Positions 7,076 through 16,024 of a DNA stretch of 24,325 nucleotides are shown here, one piece after another. Both the position numbers and the translations under genes were made by a program. Position 1 is the stretch's first letter; the number at the start of each line of letters is the position of its first letter. Below the pieces are notes generated by a model. It worked only from the letters and a program-made list of their open reading frames with translations, made no database searches and was not told the DNA's origin. Source of the stretch: Terriglobia bacterium (GTDB lineage: Bacteria; Acidobacteriota; Terriglobia; UBA7540); the NCBI GenBank assembly GCA_030040295.1, contig JASHTZ010000549.1, positions 1-24,325 of the forward strand. Direction: 5' to 3'.

Positions 7076-7417
7076 TTACGCCGGGTTCATTCGCAGGTCA
7101 CGCAGTTCATTCATCAGTAGATTCACAGCCGCTTCCAGGCTTTTCAGCTTGGCTTCGGCATCCTGGAGTCTGTTTTCGCGGGCCAATTCCTCCACCGCGC
7201 GAGCGCTTTCATGCGCCAGGGGAGCGGCAATGTCCCCCGCGGCACCCTTCAGCGCGTGCGCGGCGCGCTCCAGCTTCGCTGCGTTTTGGTCCTGAACGGC
7301 TTGCCGCACATCGTCGAGAAGTTTGGGGCATGAATCGAGGAACATCTCAATGATCTCTTTCGCCAATTGCTCGTCACCCTCCAAGCGGTCGAGAAAACAG
7401 GCTTTGTCAAATATCAT
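7076..7417 (-). CDS. Stand-alone Hpt (histidine phosphotransfer) domain protein
   Basis: FD...LDRLEGDEQLAKEIIEMFL...LERAAHALKGAAGDIAA: canonical H-x-L-K-G Hpt motif in an all-helical 113-aa protein; GGAGG upstream. Confidence 0.9.
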   Translation of the reverse strand: MIFDKACFLDRLEGDEQLAKEIIEMFLDSCPKLLDDVRQAVQDQNAAKLERAAHALKGAAGDIAAPLAHESARAVEELARENRLQDAEAKLKSLEAAVNLLMNELRDLRMNPA

Positions 7418-7443
7418 GAGAGAAGTCTACCTCCGGGAAAAGA

Positions 7444-7478
7444 AGTCGTGAGTCGTCAGTTGTCAGTTTTCGGTCGTC
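7444..7478. repeat. Degenerate 7-bp tandem array (AGTYGTC-like), five units
   Basis: agtcgtg agtcgtc agttgtc agttttc ggtcgtc. Confidence 0.65.
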
Positions 7479-7651
7479 CGGGTTTCGATTCAGATCGAAC
7501 AACAAGCCTTCATCTCTTCTTTCGGCACGTTGCGCGAAAACTTGATGTGAGAATTTTTGGTTCTCAGTTCTGACCAAAGGAGATTCCTGGGCAGAGCCTG
7601 CGGCGCCTCAGGATGACAGTTTTGAGAGGTTTTTCCACAACCCTTGGGAAT

Positions 7652-8179
7652 TCAACGGGACGATTGAAAGCCGTTGAGGGGGGAGGCCGTGATAAAAGTA
7701 GGCGGCTTCAAGAGGTAATTGCGCACGGAGCCGCCAACGCCCACTCCGATGTGAACAGCCGAAGTCCAGCGCTCCAGGCTATGGTGGCCGCTGCGATGGA
7801 ATAGGTACGAAACTCCAATGGAGGCCGCCGTGCCGGCCAGCTCGATTCCCACAAATAGCGGCCGATCGTCGACGATGCGGTCCGTGAGCAGCCACTCATC
7901 ATTTCCCTGATCGCGCAGATGGCGGGTGGAAGCGTAATCCATCATGCGCGCGCCGGCCACACCCGCGAAAAGCCCCAAATTTTCGGCATCCCAGAATTTG
8001 TGGGCCGGCGGTTGGAATTTAGCGGCCGGCCTCGGCATCGCCGAGGCAGAGGCGGGCGCAATTGCTGGAGGATCCTCCTGTGCGCACAGACCTCCGCAAC
8101 CGCCAAGCAGCAATGTTGTCAATAAAAACGGATAAAGTTTCGACACCTGCGGGCATTTTATACAAACACGCCCGTGCAT
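7652..8179 (-). CDS. Hypothetical exported/membrane protein (start uncertain)
   Basis: Hydrophobic N-terminus with possible lipobox LLLGGC, Pro/Ala linker, then HKFWD..NL.LFAGVAGAR..DY.ST and hydrophobic segments ending RNY. Co-oriented, 18 bp after the upstream gene. Confidence 0.7.
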   Translation of the reverse strand: MHGRVCIKCPQVSKLYPFLLTTLLLGGCGGLCAQEDPPAIAPASASAMPRPAAKFQPPAHKFWDAENLGLFAGVAGARMMDYASTRHLRDQGNDEWLLTDRIVDDRPLFVGIELAGTAASIGVSYLFHRSGHHSLERWTSAVHIGVGVGGSVRNYLLKPPTFITASPLNGFQSSR

Positions 8180-8197
8180 GCCAGATATTTAGAAGTG

Positions 8198-8794
8198 CTA
8201 GCTCTCCGGCAGCGGCGGGCAGCCGGGGAATTCGGCCAGATAGGTGTTGCCGATATATTGGAGGTATTTAATTCCGATCTCAGGAGTAACAAACCCGTCG
8301 GTGGTGAAGTCGCGCAGCGAGGCGAAAAAATTTACACCCTGCCCGAGGGCAGGATCCTTGCGGGCGTTGTCGCGATAGGCGATGAGGTCCAACACCGCCT
8401 TCTGATCGGCGGCTGAGCAATCAAGGTAGACCTTGCCGTAGCGATCGCTGCACAGTGAATCGAGCCAGGCGATGCCGCCGCCCAGGGTCAATTGATAATC
8501 CTCATTCTCACTGGTTAGAAGGTCGATGAATTCCGGCGCGCCGGCTTCAATCGCCCCACCGGTTTCCGAGTCGGGCGGAATAATCGTCTGGCAGAGTGAG
8601 CGGAGAGTCTGGTAGGCGTGAGGGGTGAAAAACTTGGGCTTGTAGGCGCCATCGGGCGACTGCGCCCGCTCTTCGCTCACCATGCGGTGCGCAAGCTCCG
8701 CCGCCTGAAGGGGAATCAGCCGCAGCGACGAGCCGACTGTAACTCCCATGGCTAGATTTTTCAAAACATCGCGACGAGATATATTCGTAGGCAT
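8198..8794 (-). CDS. Gluconate 2-dehydrogenase subunit 3 family protein (Tat-exported small subunit)
   Basis: Tat motif SRRDVLK; PKFFT...TL..L...IIP......GA..AG..EFID; FF..LR..T..GF.T.EIG...L.Y.GN; RBS AAGGAG; follows the GMC gene. Confidence 0.88.
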   Translation of the reverse strand: MPTNISRRDVLKNLAMGVTVGSSLRLIPLQAAELAHRMVSEERAQSPDGAYKPKFFTPHAYQTLRSLCQTIIPPDSETGGAIEAGAPEFIDLLTSENEDYQLTLGGGIAWLDSLCSDRYGKVYLDCSAADQKAVLDLIAYRDNARKDPALGQGVNFFASLRDFTTDGFVTPEIGIKYLQYIGNTYLAEFPGCPPLPES

Positions 8795-8823
8795 GAAAAA
8801 TGCTCCTTCATATGTCGTCGGTG

Positions 8824-8870
8824 GTAGCGGTGCTCTATGAGCGCCGTCGGCGGTCGCAGACCGCCGCTAC
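8824..8870. repeat. GTAG-type REP doublet (inverted pair)
   Basis: GTAG-CGGTGCTC-TAT-GAGCGCCG, then CGGCGGTC-GCA-GACCGCCG-CTAC. Each half is a GTAG tetranucleotide plus a short hairpin, the structure of RAYT-associated REPs. Confidence 0.75.
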
Positions 8871-8884
8871 AATGGCCACTGTCC

Positions 8885-10591
8885 TTAAACATTCCCCTTC
8901 TTTGCCTCGTCCAACAGATACTCCGACGCCCGCCAGGACAGCGCCAAAATCGAGAGCGTGGGATTTTTGTCCGGATCGGTCACAAAGCACGCGGCGTCGG
9001 TAACGAAGAGATTCTTTACATCATGCGCCTGGCAGAAGGAATTGAGGGCGGAGGTTTGCGGATCGTTCCCCATGCGCACCACGCCCGATTCGTGGATAAT
9101 CTCGCCTCCCGTCCGTATTCCGTAGGGAAAATCCCCGGTGGTCTGGGTCTCAGTCAGATAGGTTCCGCCCACCGACTCGACGATGGCGCGGAAGGTTTCC
9201 TGCATGTCCCGCGCCATTTTAATTTCGTTCTCCCCCCACTCGAAATGGAAGCGCAGCACGGGAATTCCCCACTCATCGACGGCGCTGGGATCGATTTCGC
9301 AATAAGAGTTGGGATTGGAAATCATTTCGCCGCGGCCCGCCAGATGAATGAATGCGCCATATTTCTGCTTGCAGCGCTGCTTGAGTTCCAACCCGTAACC
9401 CTCGTACTTGTGATTGACGCCGTTGAACATTCCCACGCCCGGCATGTGCCGCCCGCCGCCGAACTCAATGTGGTAGCCCCGCAGAAATTCGTTCTTCCGG
9501 TCAAACTTCCACCAGGGTATATACATGTGCATTCCGCCTGAGCCGTCGTGATTGTGAGGCGGCATTTTTTCCAGCACGGGGATATATCCCGAACCGTTGC
9601 TGCCCACCGAGTCCATCAGGTAGCGCCCCACCACGCCGGAAGAATTCGCCAGACCCTGCGGGAACAATCGCGATTTGGAATTCAGCAGCAGGCGCGCGGA
9701 TTCGCAGGAGCTGCCCGCCACCACCACTGCCTTGGCGCGCACCTGCTGGTCGGTTCGCGTCGCCTTGTCGATGTAATTCACGCCGGCAGCCTTGCCTTGG
9801 TCGTTCACCACAATTTCACGCGCCATGGCGCCGGTAATCAGGGTGAACCGCCCCGTAGCCTGGGCGGGAGGAATCATGACCTGGCTGGAGCTGAAGTTGG
9901 AAGCCGTCTTGCACCCGCGCCCGCACTGGTCGCAATAGTGGCAGGGCGGGCGGCCGTTCAGTGGTTGCGTTATGATGGCCTTGCGCGAGGGGACGCAAAT
10001 AATTCCCAGCTTGTCACACGCGCGCTTCACCAGAAGGTCCGTACAGCGCGGCTTGGGAGGAGGCTGAAAAATTCCGTCCGGGGCGCTGGGAATTCCCTCC
10101 TTCGTACCGAAGACGCCGATGTAGCGATCCACTTTATCGTAATAGGGCTCGAGATCCTGATAGGTGATGGGCCAGTCGTCGCCCCGGCCGTCGTGGGAGC
10201 GGACGCGGAAGTCCACCTCCGCAAATCGCAGCGCGATGCGGCCCCAGTGATTGGTGCGGCCGCCCACGATGCGCGAGCGGAACCACATGAATTTTGACCC
10301 CGGCGCCTTGGTGTAAGGTTCGCCCTCGATGGTCCAAGAGCCGTTGGGGGCCATGAACTCCGTGCGGCCGAAATCCTTGTAGCCGGCGCCGCCGATGCCC
10401 GCCCCGCGATGCGCCAGCTGGTAAGGCCAAACGTGCTCCTTGTAATCCGTGTCAGGATGCAGCATGGGTCCGGCTTCGAGCATCACCACGTTCAGCCCGC
10501 CCTCGCTCAGCACCTTGGCCGCCGCGCCGCCTGCCGCTCCCGAGCCGATGATGCAAACGTCATAAACTTTTCCCGTGCGTATGATTTCCAT
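8885..10591 (-). CDS. GMC-family FAD oxidoreductase large subunit
   Basis: YDVCIIGSGAAGG FAD-binding motif; GGRTNHWG; CHYCDQCGRGC Cys motif; ESARLLLNS; HESGVVRMG.DP..S.LN; NPTLSILAL. Start placed at ATG 10591 (MEIIRTG) rather than the ORF-track start 10627. Confidence 0.93.
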   Translation of the reverse strand: MEIIRTGKVYDVCIIGSGAAGGAAAKVLSEGGLNVVMLEAGPMLHPDTDYKEHVWPYQLAHRGAGIGGAGYKDFGRTEFMAPNGSWTIEGEPYTKAPGSKFMWFRSRIVGGRTNHWGRIALRFAEVDFRVRSHDGRGDDWPITYQDLEPYYDKVDRYIGVFGTKEGIPSAPDGIFQPPPKPRCTDLLVKRACDKLGIICVPSRKAIITQPLNGRPPCHYCDQCGRGCKTASNFSSSQVMIPPAQATGRFTLITGAMAREIVVNDQGKAAGVNYIDKATRTDQQVRAKAVVVAGSSCESARLLLNSKSRLFPQGLANSSGVVGRYLMDSVGSNGSGYIPVLEKMPPHNHDGSGGMHMYIPWWKFDRKNEFLRGYHIEFGGGRHMPGVGMFNGVNHKYEGYGLELKQRCKQKYGAFIHLAGRGEMISNPNSYCEIDPSAVDEWGIPVLRFHFEWGENEIKMARDMQETFRAIVESVGGTYLTETQTTGDFPYGIRTGGEIIHESGVVRMGNDPQTSALNSFCQAHDVKNLFVTDAACFVTDPDKNPTLSILALSWRASEYLLDEAKKGNV

Positions 10592-10639
10592 AATGAATTC
10601 CTGCTCCCTCTGTAACCCCACAGCCAAACAAGAACTCTA

Positions 10640-10703
10640 ACCACAGAGCACACAGATAGCCCCAGGGCAGTCCTCCTCTGTGTACCTCAGTGAACTCTGT
10701 GGT
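10640..10703. repeat. ACCACAGAG...CTCTGTGGT nested inverted repeat (dispersed REP-like element)
   Basis: ACCACAGAG (10640-10648) pairs with CTCTGTGGT (10695-10703); inner ACACAGA/TCTGTGT pair. Confidence 0.7.
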
Positions 10704-10799
10704 GAGAGCCCTTTCCTGGTCGCGGCGCCGCCGCGCTAATGAAACTACAAATTCTTCGCATACCCGTCAATGTTTATTTCTTGCCCCCTCTGCCTGCTC

Positions 10800-11552
10800 T
10801 CAGCGATGCTCACGCACCACGCGGAACCCGTAATCGGCATACTGGAATGCCGGAGGAATGCTGGAGCGCGCCGCCACGCGGCTCACCTTGATGTGATGCC
10901 GCCAGGAGCCCCCGCGCGAGGCGCGTCGCTCGCCCGAGGCGGGTCCCGTCGGGTTATGCTCGGGTGATTGCGCGTAATAGTCCATCTGGAACCAATCCGC
11001 GCACCACTCATGCACGTTTTCGCAAAGATCGTAAATGCCAAAGGGATTCGGGCGCCCACGTCCCACCGGCAAGGGTCCAGCCACTTCCCCGCCCCAGCGC
11101 TCACGATAGTCCGCGCGTGCCTGCGGTTCGTCGTTGCCCCAGGGATAGAGCCAGGCCTCCTGGCCGCCGCGCGCCGCGCGCTCCCACTCCGCCTCGGTGG
11201 GCAGACGGTAAGGGCGGCCCGCCGAATTCGTCAGCCACTCACAGTATTTCTGCGCCTCGAACCAACTGACGGAGACAACGGGGAATTCGGGGTCATCAAA
11301 GTGGCTCTGCCCCCAGTTGGGCGGGGAGGGATGTCCGGTGGCTCGCAGGAAGAGGGCGAAATCCCGGTTGCGCACCTGGTAGGCAGCCATCTCGAAGGCC
11401 TCAATCGTGACGCGATGCGCGGGCCGCTCCTCTTCGCGGCCTTGCTCCTCGCCCATCAGAAACTCCCCGGCAGGAACGCGGGCGCAAAGGGGTTCAGTAA
11501 ATCCTTCCATCGATTCAATGCGTGTGCGGATGCTCTGTAGGTCGGTCGACAT
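10800..11552 (-). CDS. FGE-sulfatase (SUMF1/EgtB C-terminal-like) domain protein, cytoplasmic, lacking FGE catalytic cysteines
   Basis: VPAGEFLMG..G..EERPAHRV, PVV.VSW..A..YC.WL, YRLPTEAEWERAARGG, N.FGIYDLCENV.EWC.DW, RGGSW, YGFR. Confidence 0.9.
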   Translation of the reverse strand: MSTDLQSIRTRIESMEGFTEPLCARVPAGEFLMGEEQGREEERPAHRVTIEAFEMAAYQVRNRDFALFLRATGHPSPPNWGQSHFDDPEFPVVSVSWFEAQKYCEWLTNSAGRPYRLPTEAEWERAARGGQEAWLYPWGNDEPQARADYRERWGGEVAGPLPVGRGRPNPFGIYDLCENVHEWCADWFQMDYYAQSPEHNPTGPASGERRASRGGSWRHHIKVSRVAARSSIPPAFQYADYGFRVVREHR

Positions 11553-11591
11553 CAGGGCGCCGGAGGCAAATCTCGCGCTCCGGGGTGTTGG

Positions 11592-13523
11592 CTACTCCGT
11601 CTGGTAGGAAGCCAGGAATTGTTTCATGCCGGCTTCGTTCAGTTTCAATTTGCCGGACCGGAGGAACTGCTCCTTGAGGTTCTGGCGATAAATTTCGAAC
11701 TCCAGGCTGCGCTTCTGGCTCAGCAATTCCTCCTCGATCTGGTCGCGCTGCGCGGCAAAATCCGCGTCATTGGCGGGCGTGTGGGAAACCACTTTGAACA
11801 AAACCTTATTGCTGCCCACGGTAATCACCTCGCTCAATTGTCCGGGGTTCAGCGTGAAAGCCCCGGTAAGTTGCGAACCGTTGCCCGCTCCTTCCACGTA
11901 TTCGTTCTGGCTGAAATCGTTGCTCAGCTTGGGCGTCAGGCCCAGGGACTTCGCCGCCTTGTCAAAATCCTCTGTCTTGGCCAGTTCCAGGAGTTTCTGT
12001 GCTTTGTCCTGAGCCAGAGTGATAGAGTCCTGGTGGCGAAAATCCTCTTCCACCTGGGGGCGCACTTCATCGAGCGTGGGAGTGTGCTCGGGCGAAAGTT
12101 GAATCAACTGAATGACGGCCTCGCCGCGGGGAACGGAGACTGGCCCGCCGACTTCGTTGAGTCGAAGCTGGAACGTGAGGTTCTCCAGTCCGTCGCTCTT
12201 GCCGAGGTCGGGCACAGGCTGGTTGTACTTGAACAGCGGCGTTTCTCTGGACACAAAACCCGCCTTGCGGACAATATCGTCAAACTGCTGAGGATTGGCC
12301 TTAAGCTGGGTCGCCAGGCTGGTGGTCAAGCTGTCCTGCAAATCGGCGATCCGCTGCTTCTCCAGTTCATCGCGGATGGAGCCCGAAACCTCCTCGAAGG
12401 TCTCGAGGTGCGCCACCTGCTTGTCCTCGACCTTGATGATGTGGATCCCGTACTCGGTCTTCACCAGGCCGCTCACTTCACCCGGCTTCAGGGAGAAGGC
12501 CGTGCTCTCGAAGTTCTGCACCGTCTGCCCGTGAACGATCCAGCCAAGCTCGCCTCCCGCCTGGGCCGTGGAATCCTCGGAATATCGCTTGGCGAGGTCG
12601 CCGAAGTTGGCGCCTGCGCGAATCTGATTCAGCACGTCCGCCGCGGTCTTCTCAATGGCCGCTATTTCCGCGGGCGTCTTGCCGGTGGTCTTGAAGAGAA
12701 TGTGCGCCACCTTGACGCGGTCGGGCACGCGGTAATCGGAAAGGTGCTGGGTATAGTAATCGTGCAGTTCTGCGTCCGTCACCGTCACCCGCGGCCGCAC
12801 GTCGTCCGTAGTAATCATTACGTAGCGCAACTGGCGCTGCTCGGGGAGCTTGTAGTGGTCGGGGTCCTTCTTGAAAAATGCCTCCAGCGCTTCCGGCGTC
12901 ACCTTGACATCTTTAATGGACTGGCTGGGATCCACCACCACATAATCGATTTTGGCCTTGTCATTGCGGCGGTGGAACTGCGCCATGACCTCGGCGGGCG
13001 TCACCTCTACCCCGTCAGTCACGATGGCGCGCATTTTATCCTGCAGCAGGCTCTCGCGGACCAGGGCTTCAAACTGCGGGAGCGTCTTGCCGGTATTCTC
13101 CGTAATCATCTGTGCGGCTTGGGCAGCACCCACAAAATTTCCGCCAGGGTATAGCCAGGGAATGCCTTGAAAGGCCGTCATCACCTCCGCGTCCGTCACG
13201 ACCACACCCATTTTCCCTGCCTGCTGCACCAGAATCTGGTCGATCACCATCTGGTCCAGAAGGCTCGGCGCGAACAAGGGGACCATTCGCGGGTCGAACC
13301 CCGAAGGTGAATTCCTGAACTGATCGCGCATCCTCGTATCCAGATCCATGGTGGTAATGCTCGCGCCGCCGACCGATGCAAGCACATTTCCCTGCGGAGT
13401 CGAGGTGTCCCCACCACCGATCGGCGCCATGACAATCACCATGCTGAGGCACACGATGCCCAGGAAGAAAATCATCAGGTATCTCTTGATCACGTCGTAT
13501 TTTTTGCGAAAAAATAAAAACAT
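11592..13523 (-). CDS. ppiD: PpiD/SurA-like membrane-anchored peptidyl-prolyl isomerase/chaperone
   Basis: N-terminal TM helix; SurA-N-like region; parvulin motifs VKVAHILFK, FGDLAKRYSED...GGELGW, FESTAFSLKPGEVSGLVKTEYGIHIIKV; 643 aa, typical PpiD size. Confidence 0.85.
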   Translation of the reverse strand: MFLFFRKKYDVIKRYLMIFFLGIVCLSMVIVMAPIGGGDTSTPQGNVLASVGGASITTMDLDTRMRDQFRNSPSGFDPRMVPLFAPSLLDQMVIDQILVQQAGKMGVVVTDAEVMTAFQGIPWLYPGGNFVGAAQAAQMITENTGKTLPQFEALVRESLLQDKMRAIVTDGVEVTPAEVMAQFHRRNDKAKIDYVVVDPSQSIKDVKVTPEALEAFFKKDPDHYKLPEQRQLRYVMITTDDVRPRVTVTDAELHDYYTQHLSDYRVPDRVKVAHILFKTTGKTPAEIAAIEKTAADVLNQIRAGANFGDLAKRYSEDSTAQAGGELGWIVHGQTVQNFESTAFSLKPGEVSGLVKTEYGIHIIKVEDKQVAHLETFEEVSGSIRDELEKQRIADLQDSLTTSLATQLKANPQQFDDIVRKAGFVSRETPLFKYNQPVPDLGKSDGLENLTFQLRLNEVGGPVSVPRGEAVIQLIQLSPEHTPTLDEVRPQVEEDFRHQDSITLAQDKAQKLLELAKTEDFDKAAKSLGLTPKLSNDFSQNEYVEGAGNGSQLTGAFTLNPGQLSEVITVGSNKVLFKVVSHTPANDADFAAQRDQIEEELLSQKRSLEFEIYRQNLKEQFLRSGKLKLNEAGMKQFLASYQTE

Positions 13524-13699
13524 TATTGTTCCGCCATTCCGGCCATCATCCTACTTGATTATAGAGGAGCATCCTCGATTGCGACAAGATAGGGAGATTA
13601 CGCCTGCCGCCGGATTGCGCCTCTTGATCGACCCGCATCGCAGGCCCTCCGCCTCCCTTGGGCAAGAGAGAGCGGCGGGCATCAATGTCAACTGCCTGC

Positions 13700-14827
13700 T
13701 TAATGTTTGGCGCGCAACGCATCATCAATGGCGTCAAAGTAAGCGTCCTCGGAAGGCAATCCCACAAGCCTTCGGCCGTTGATGAACAAGGTGGGAGTTT
13801 GATTCACGTCGAGGCGCTTGGCTTCCGCCATGTCGCGCTGGATTCGCGGATACGACGATTGAGCGTCCAAACAGCCGGCCAGCTTCACTCGATCCAATCC
13901 CACCTGCTCGCCGAAATTCAGCACCGTATCGCGCACATTGGTGATGTTGATTTGCTGCTGATTCCTGAAAATAGCGGTGCGCAAGGCCACGAAGGTGGAC
14001 GGATTCAGCTCATAAGCGCACTGGCAGCCGATGGCCGCCGTCTTCGACCATTCATGGAACGGCAGGGGATACTCCTTGAAAACAATTCGTATCTTGTCCC
14101 CGTAGCGCGGCACTATTTGCGTTTCCAGAAACTCGTTCATGCGGGCGCACGTGGGACACTCAAGGTCGGCATATTCAACGATCGTCACCGGAGCGGTGGC
14201 CGGCCCCTGCGTGGCCTCATCACGAAGTGAAATCTCACGCAGAGCTTGCTCCTGGGGATCGACCGATAAATTGAAGAGGTCGCTGACGATCAAGTGCTTG
14301 CCGTCTCGCGTCAGGAACAGCGTGTGCTCCTGGCCGTCTCCCATGCTGTAAGTCCCTTCTTGAAAGTCCGGGAAGTTCGAGGGTCTGAACCGCCCCACGG
14401 TCAACTTGGTCGTCGCAGCCATTTTGTACATCTGCCGGATGCGTTGTTCCACCTCGGCGCTGGAATTCGCCGTCTGGAGGTCAATGATCCCGCCGGAGGG
14501 CACGATCAGGTAACGATTATCCTTTGAAATCAAAACAAGCTGCGCCCCCGGCTTGTTGCCGTAGTCCACGTTCACAAGTGCCTGATTGAAATCGGGGGCA
14601 AGGGGGGAGGTTTGCGACGGTCCCATCGAGAGCTTCACGTTATCAGGAACCGCAAACTGAAGCCGGATGTAATGGATGACTTTCTCGCCCGTGGCCTGAC
14701 TCAACTCTGCCCCTTGCGAGGCCGGCTGCGCGTGCGTCGCCACCCAGGGAATTCCACCGCCGACCGCAAGGACCAGCAATGCGGCGGGCAAACTGAACTT
14801 ATTCTTACTTTCCTTCAAGCAATCCAT
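13700..14827 (-). CDS. DsbA/Thioredoxin_4-type periplasmic disulfide oxidoreductase with two N-terminal DsbC/DsbG-N-like repeats
   Basis: Signal peptide; G..TAPVTIVEYADLECPTC; FKEYPL..HEW; cis-Pro loop QTPTLFINGR. The start may be TTG 14818, given RBS spacing. Confidence 0.88.
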   Translation of the reverse strand: MDCLKESKNKFSLPAALLVLAVGGGIPWVATHAQPASQGAELSQATGEKVIHYIRLQFAVPDNVKLSMGPSQTSPLAPDFNQALVNVDYGNKPGAQLVLISKDNRYLIVPSGGIIDLQTANSSAEVEQRIRQMYKMAATTKLTVGRFRPSNFPDFQEGTYSMGDGQEHTLFLTRDGKHLIVSDLFNLSVDPQEQALREISLRDEATQGPATAPVTIVEYADLECPTCARMNEFLETQIVPRYGDKIRIVFKEYPLPFHEWSKTAAIGCQCAYELNPSTFVALRTAIFRNQQQINITNVRDTVLNFGEQVGLDRVKLAGCLDAQSSYPRIQRDMAEAKRLDVNQTPTLFINGRRLVGLPSEDAYFDAIDDALRAKH

Positions 14828-14998
14828 CCCCTTTCGCCAGCAACTCTGCTTAAGCCTTCTCGAATTTTAGTCAATTCACCGCGCACAATGCAAACCCCAA
14901 TTTCATCGTCTTACTGCCCAACTTCCCTTTGGTCTTGCGCGTGCTATAGCATAAAATGCTGCGGTGCGATTCGCCATTCTGAACATCGGAGAGACTCA

Positions 14999-15808
14999 AT
15001 GAAAAGACGTGGATTCTTGGTTTCCTCGCTGGCCGCCTCAGCGTTGACAGGAACAAATTCTCCCGCGGAGCCCTCCCCCGCCCAGCGAGGACGAGGTGCG
15101 GGCGGCCGGGCCGTCTATGAATTGCGAAAATACATTCTGCGGCGCGGCCCACAACCCCAGATGGTCATCGATTATTTCCGTGATGCCGCCATTCCGGCGC
15201 TGAACCGCCTGGGGGTGACACAGGTGGGAGTGTTTAACACCACCATCGGCGCCGAAAGCCCCACCCTCTACGTCCTTACACCGTTCGAATCTCTGGAAAC
15301 CGCCATGACCATTCCCGGCCGGTTGGCCGCCGACCCCGAGTATCGAAAGGCCGGTGCGGCCTATAATGACGTCACCGCCAGCGAGCCGGCTTACATGCGT
15401 ATGGAAAGCTGGCTGCTGCTCGCCTTCGAGGGAATGCCCAGTCTGGAATTGCCCGCCAGCGCCGCCACCAACCAACCGCGCATCTTCGAACTGCGCACGT
15501 ACGAAAGTCACAGCAAGAAGGCCAATCACACGAAGATTGAAATGTTCAATAAATCCGAAATTCCCATCTTCCGCCGCACCGGTCTACATCCGGTGTTTTT
15601 CGGCGAGACGCTGGTGGGAGCGGGCCAACCCAGCCTGACCTATATGCTGACTTTCACAGACATGGCGGAGCGCATGACCAATTGGGGCATCTTCGTCGCC
15701 GACCCCGAGTGGAAAAAACTCAGCTCCACGCCCGGAAACACCGATGCGGAAATCGTTTCCAACATCACCAATGTAATTCTCACGCCCGCGCCGTGCTCGC
15801 AGATTTAA
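14999..15808 (+). CDS. Tat-exported tandem NIPSNAP-domain protein
   Basis: True start ATG 14999 (GGAG upstream), MKRRGFL Tat motif; two NIPSNAP-like repeats (VYELRKY... and IFELRTYES...F...E..IF.R.GL..VFFGE...G...P.LTYML.F). Confidence 0.88.
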   Translation: MKRRGFLVSSLAASALTGTNSPAEPSPAQRGRGAGGRAVYELRKYILRRGPQPQMVIDYFRDAAIPALNRLGVTQVGVFNTTIGAESPTLYVLTPFESLETAMTIPGRLAADPEYRKAGAAYNDVTASEPAYMRMESWLLLAFEGMPSLELPASAATNQPRIFELRTYESHSKKANHTKIEMFNKSEIPIFRRTGLHPVFFGETLVGAGQPSLTYMLTFTDMAERMTNWGIFVADPEWKKLSSTPGNTDAEIVSNITNVILTPAPCSQI

Positions 15809-15814
15809 GAGGGC

Positions 15815-15865
15815 GTAGGGGCGGTTCGCGAATCGCCCCCGGGGCGCGTCGCAATGCGCCCCTAC
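15815..15865. repeat. GTAG-type REP doublet
   Basis: GTAG-GGGCGGTT-CGC-GAATCGCCC, then GGGGCGCGT-CGC-AATGCGCCC-CTAC; lies between convergent genes. Confidence 0.75.
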
Positions 15866-16024
15866 ACGTTCCCCCTCTTGATACGATGACATTGGGATTT
15901 CCAGGCAGCAATCCCGGCATTGGGCAGGGAGGAGTGTCTTCGCCCATGGAAGCGCCAATCAGAGGTTCCCGAAAGCGGAGAATCCTGCGCTATACGAACC
16001 TCTGATTACAACAACTGAGTAGAT

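Noticed and set aside
11619-13154. 511-aa plus-strand ORF, and similar long antisense ORFs (e.g. 18835-19809, 9548-10297, 5069-5716, 8837-9541)
   Set aside because: They lie fully opposite well-supported genes and have no recognisable motifs; these are GC-rich antisense shadows.
13546-13767. 73-aa minus-strand ORF between the DsbA-like gene and ppiD
   Set aside because: It overlaps the upstream gene end, has no clear RBS and no motif.
14612-14998. N-terminal extension of the NIPSNAP ORF given in the track
   Set aside because: It overlaps the DsbA-like gene on the opposite strand; the Tat motif and RBS support a start at 14999.
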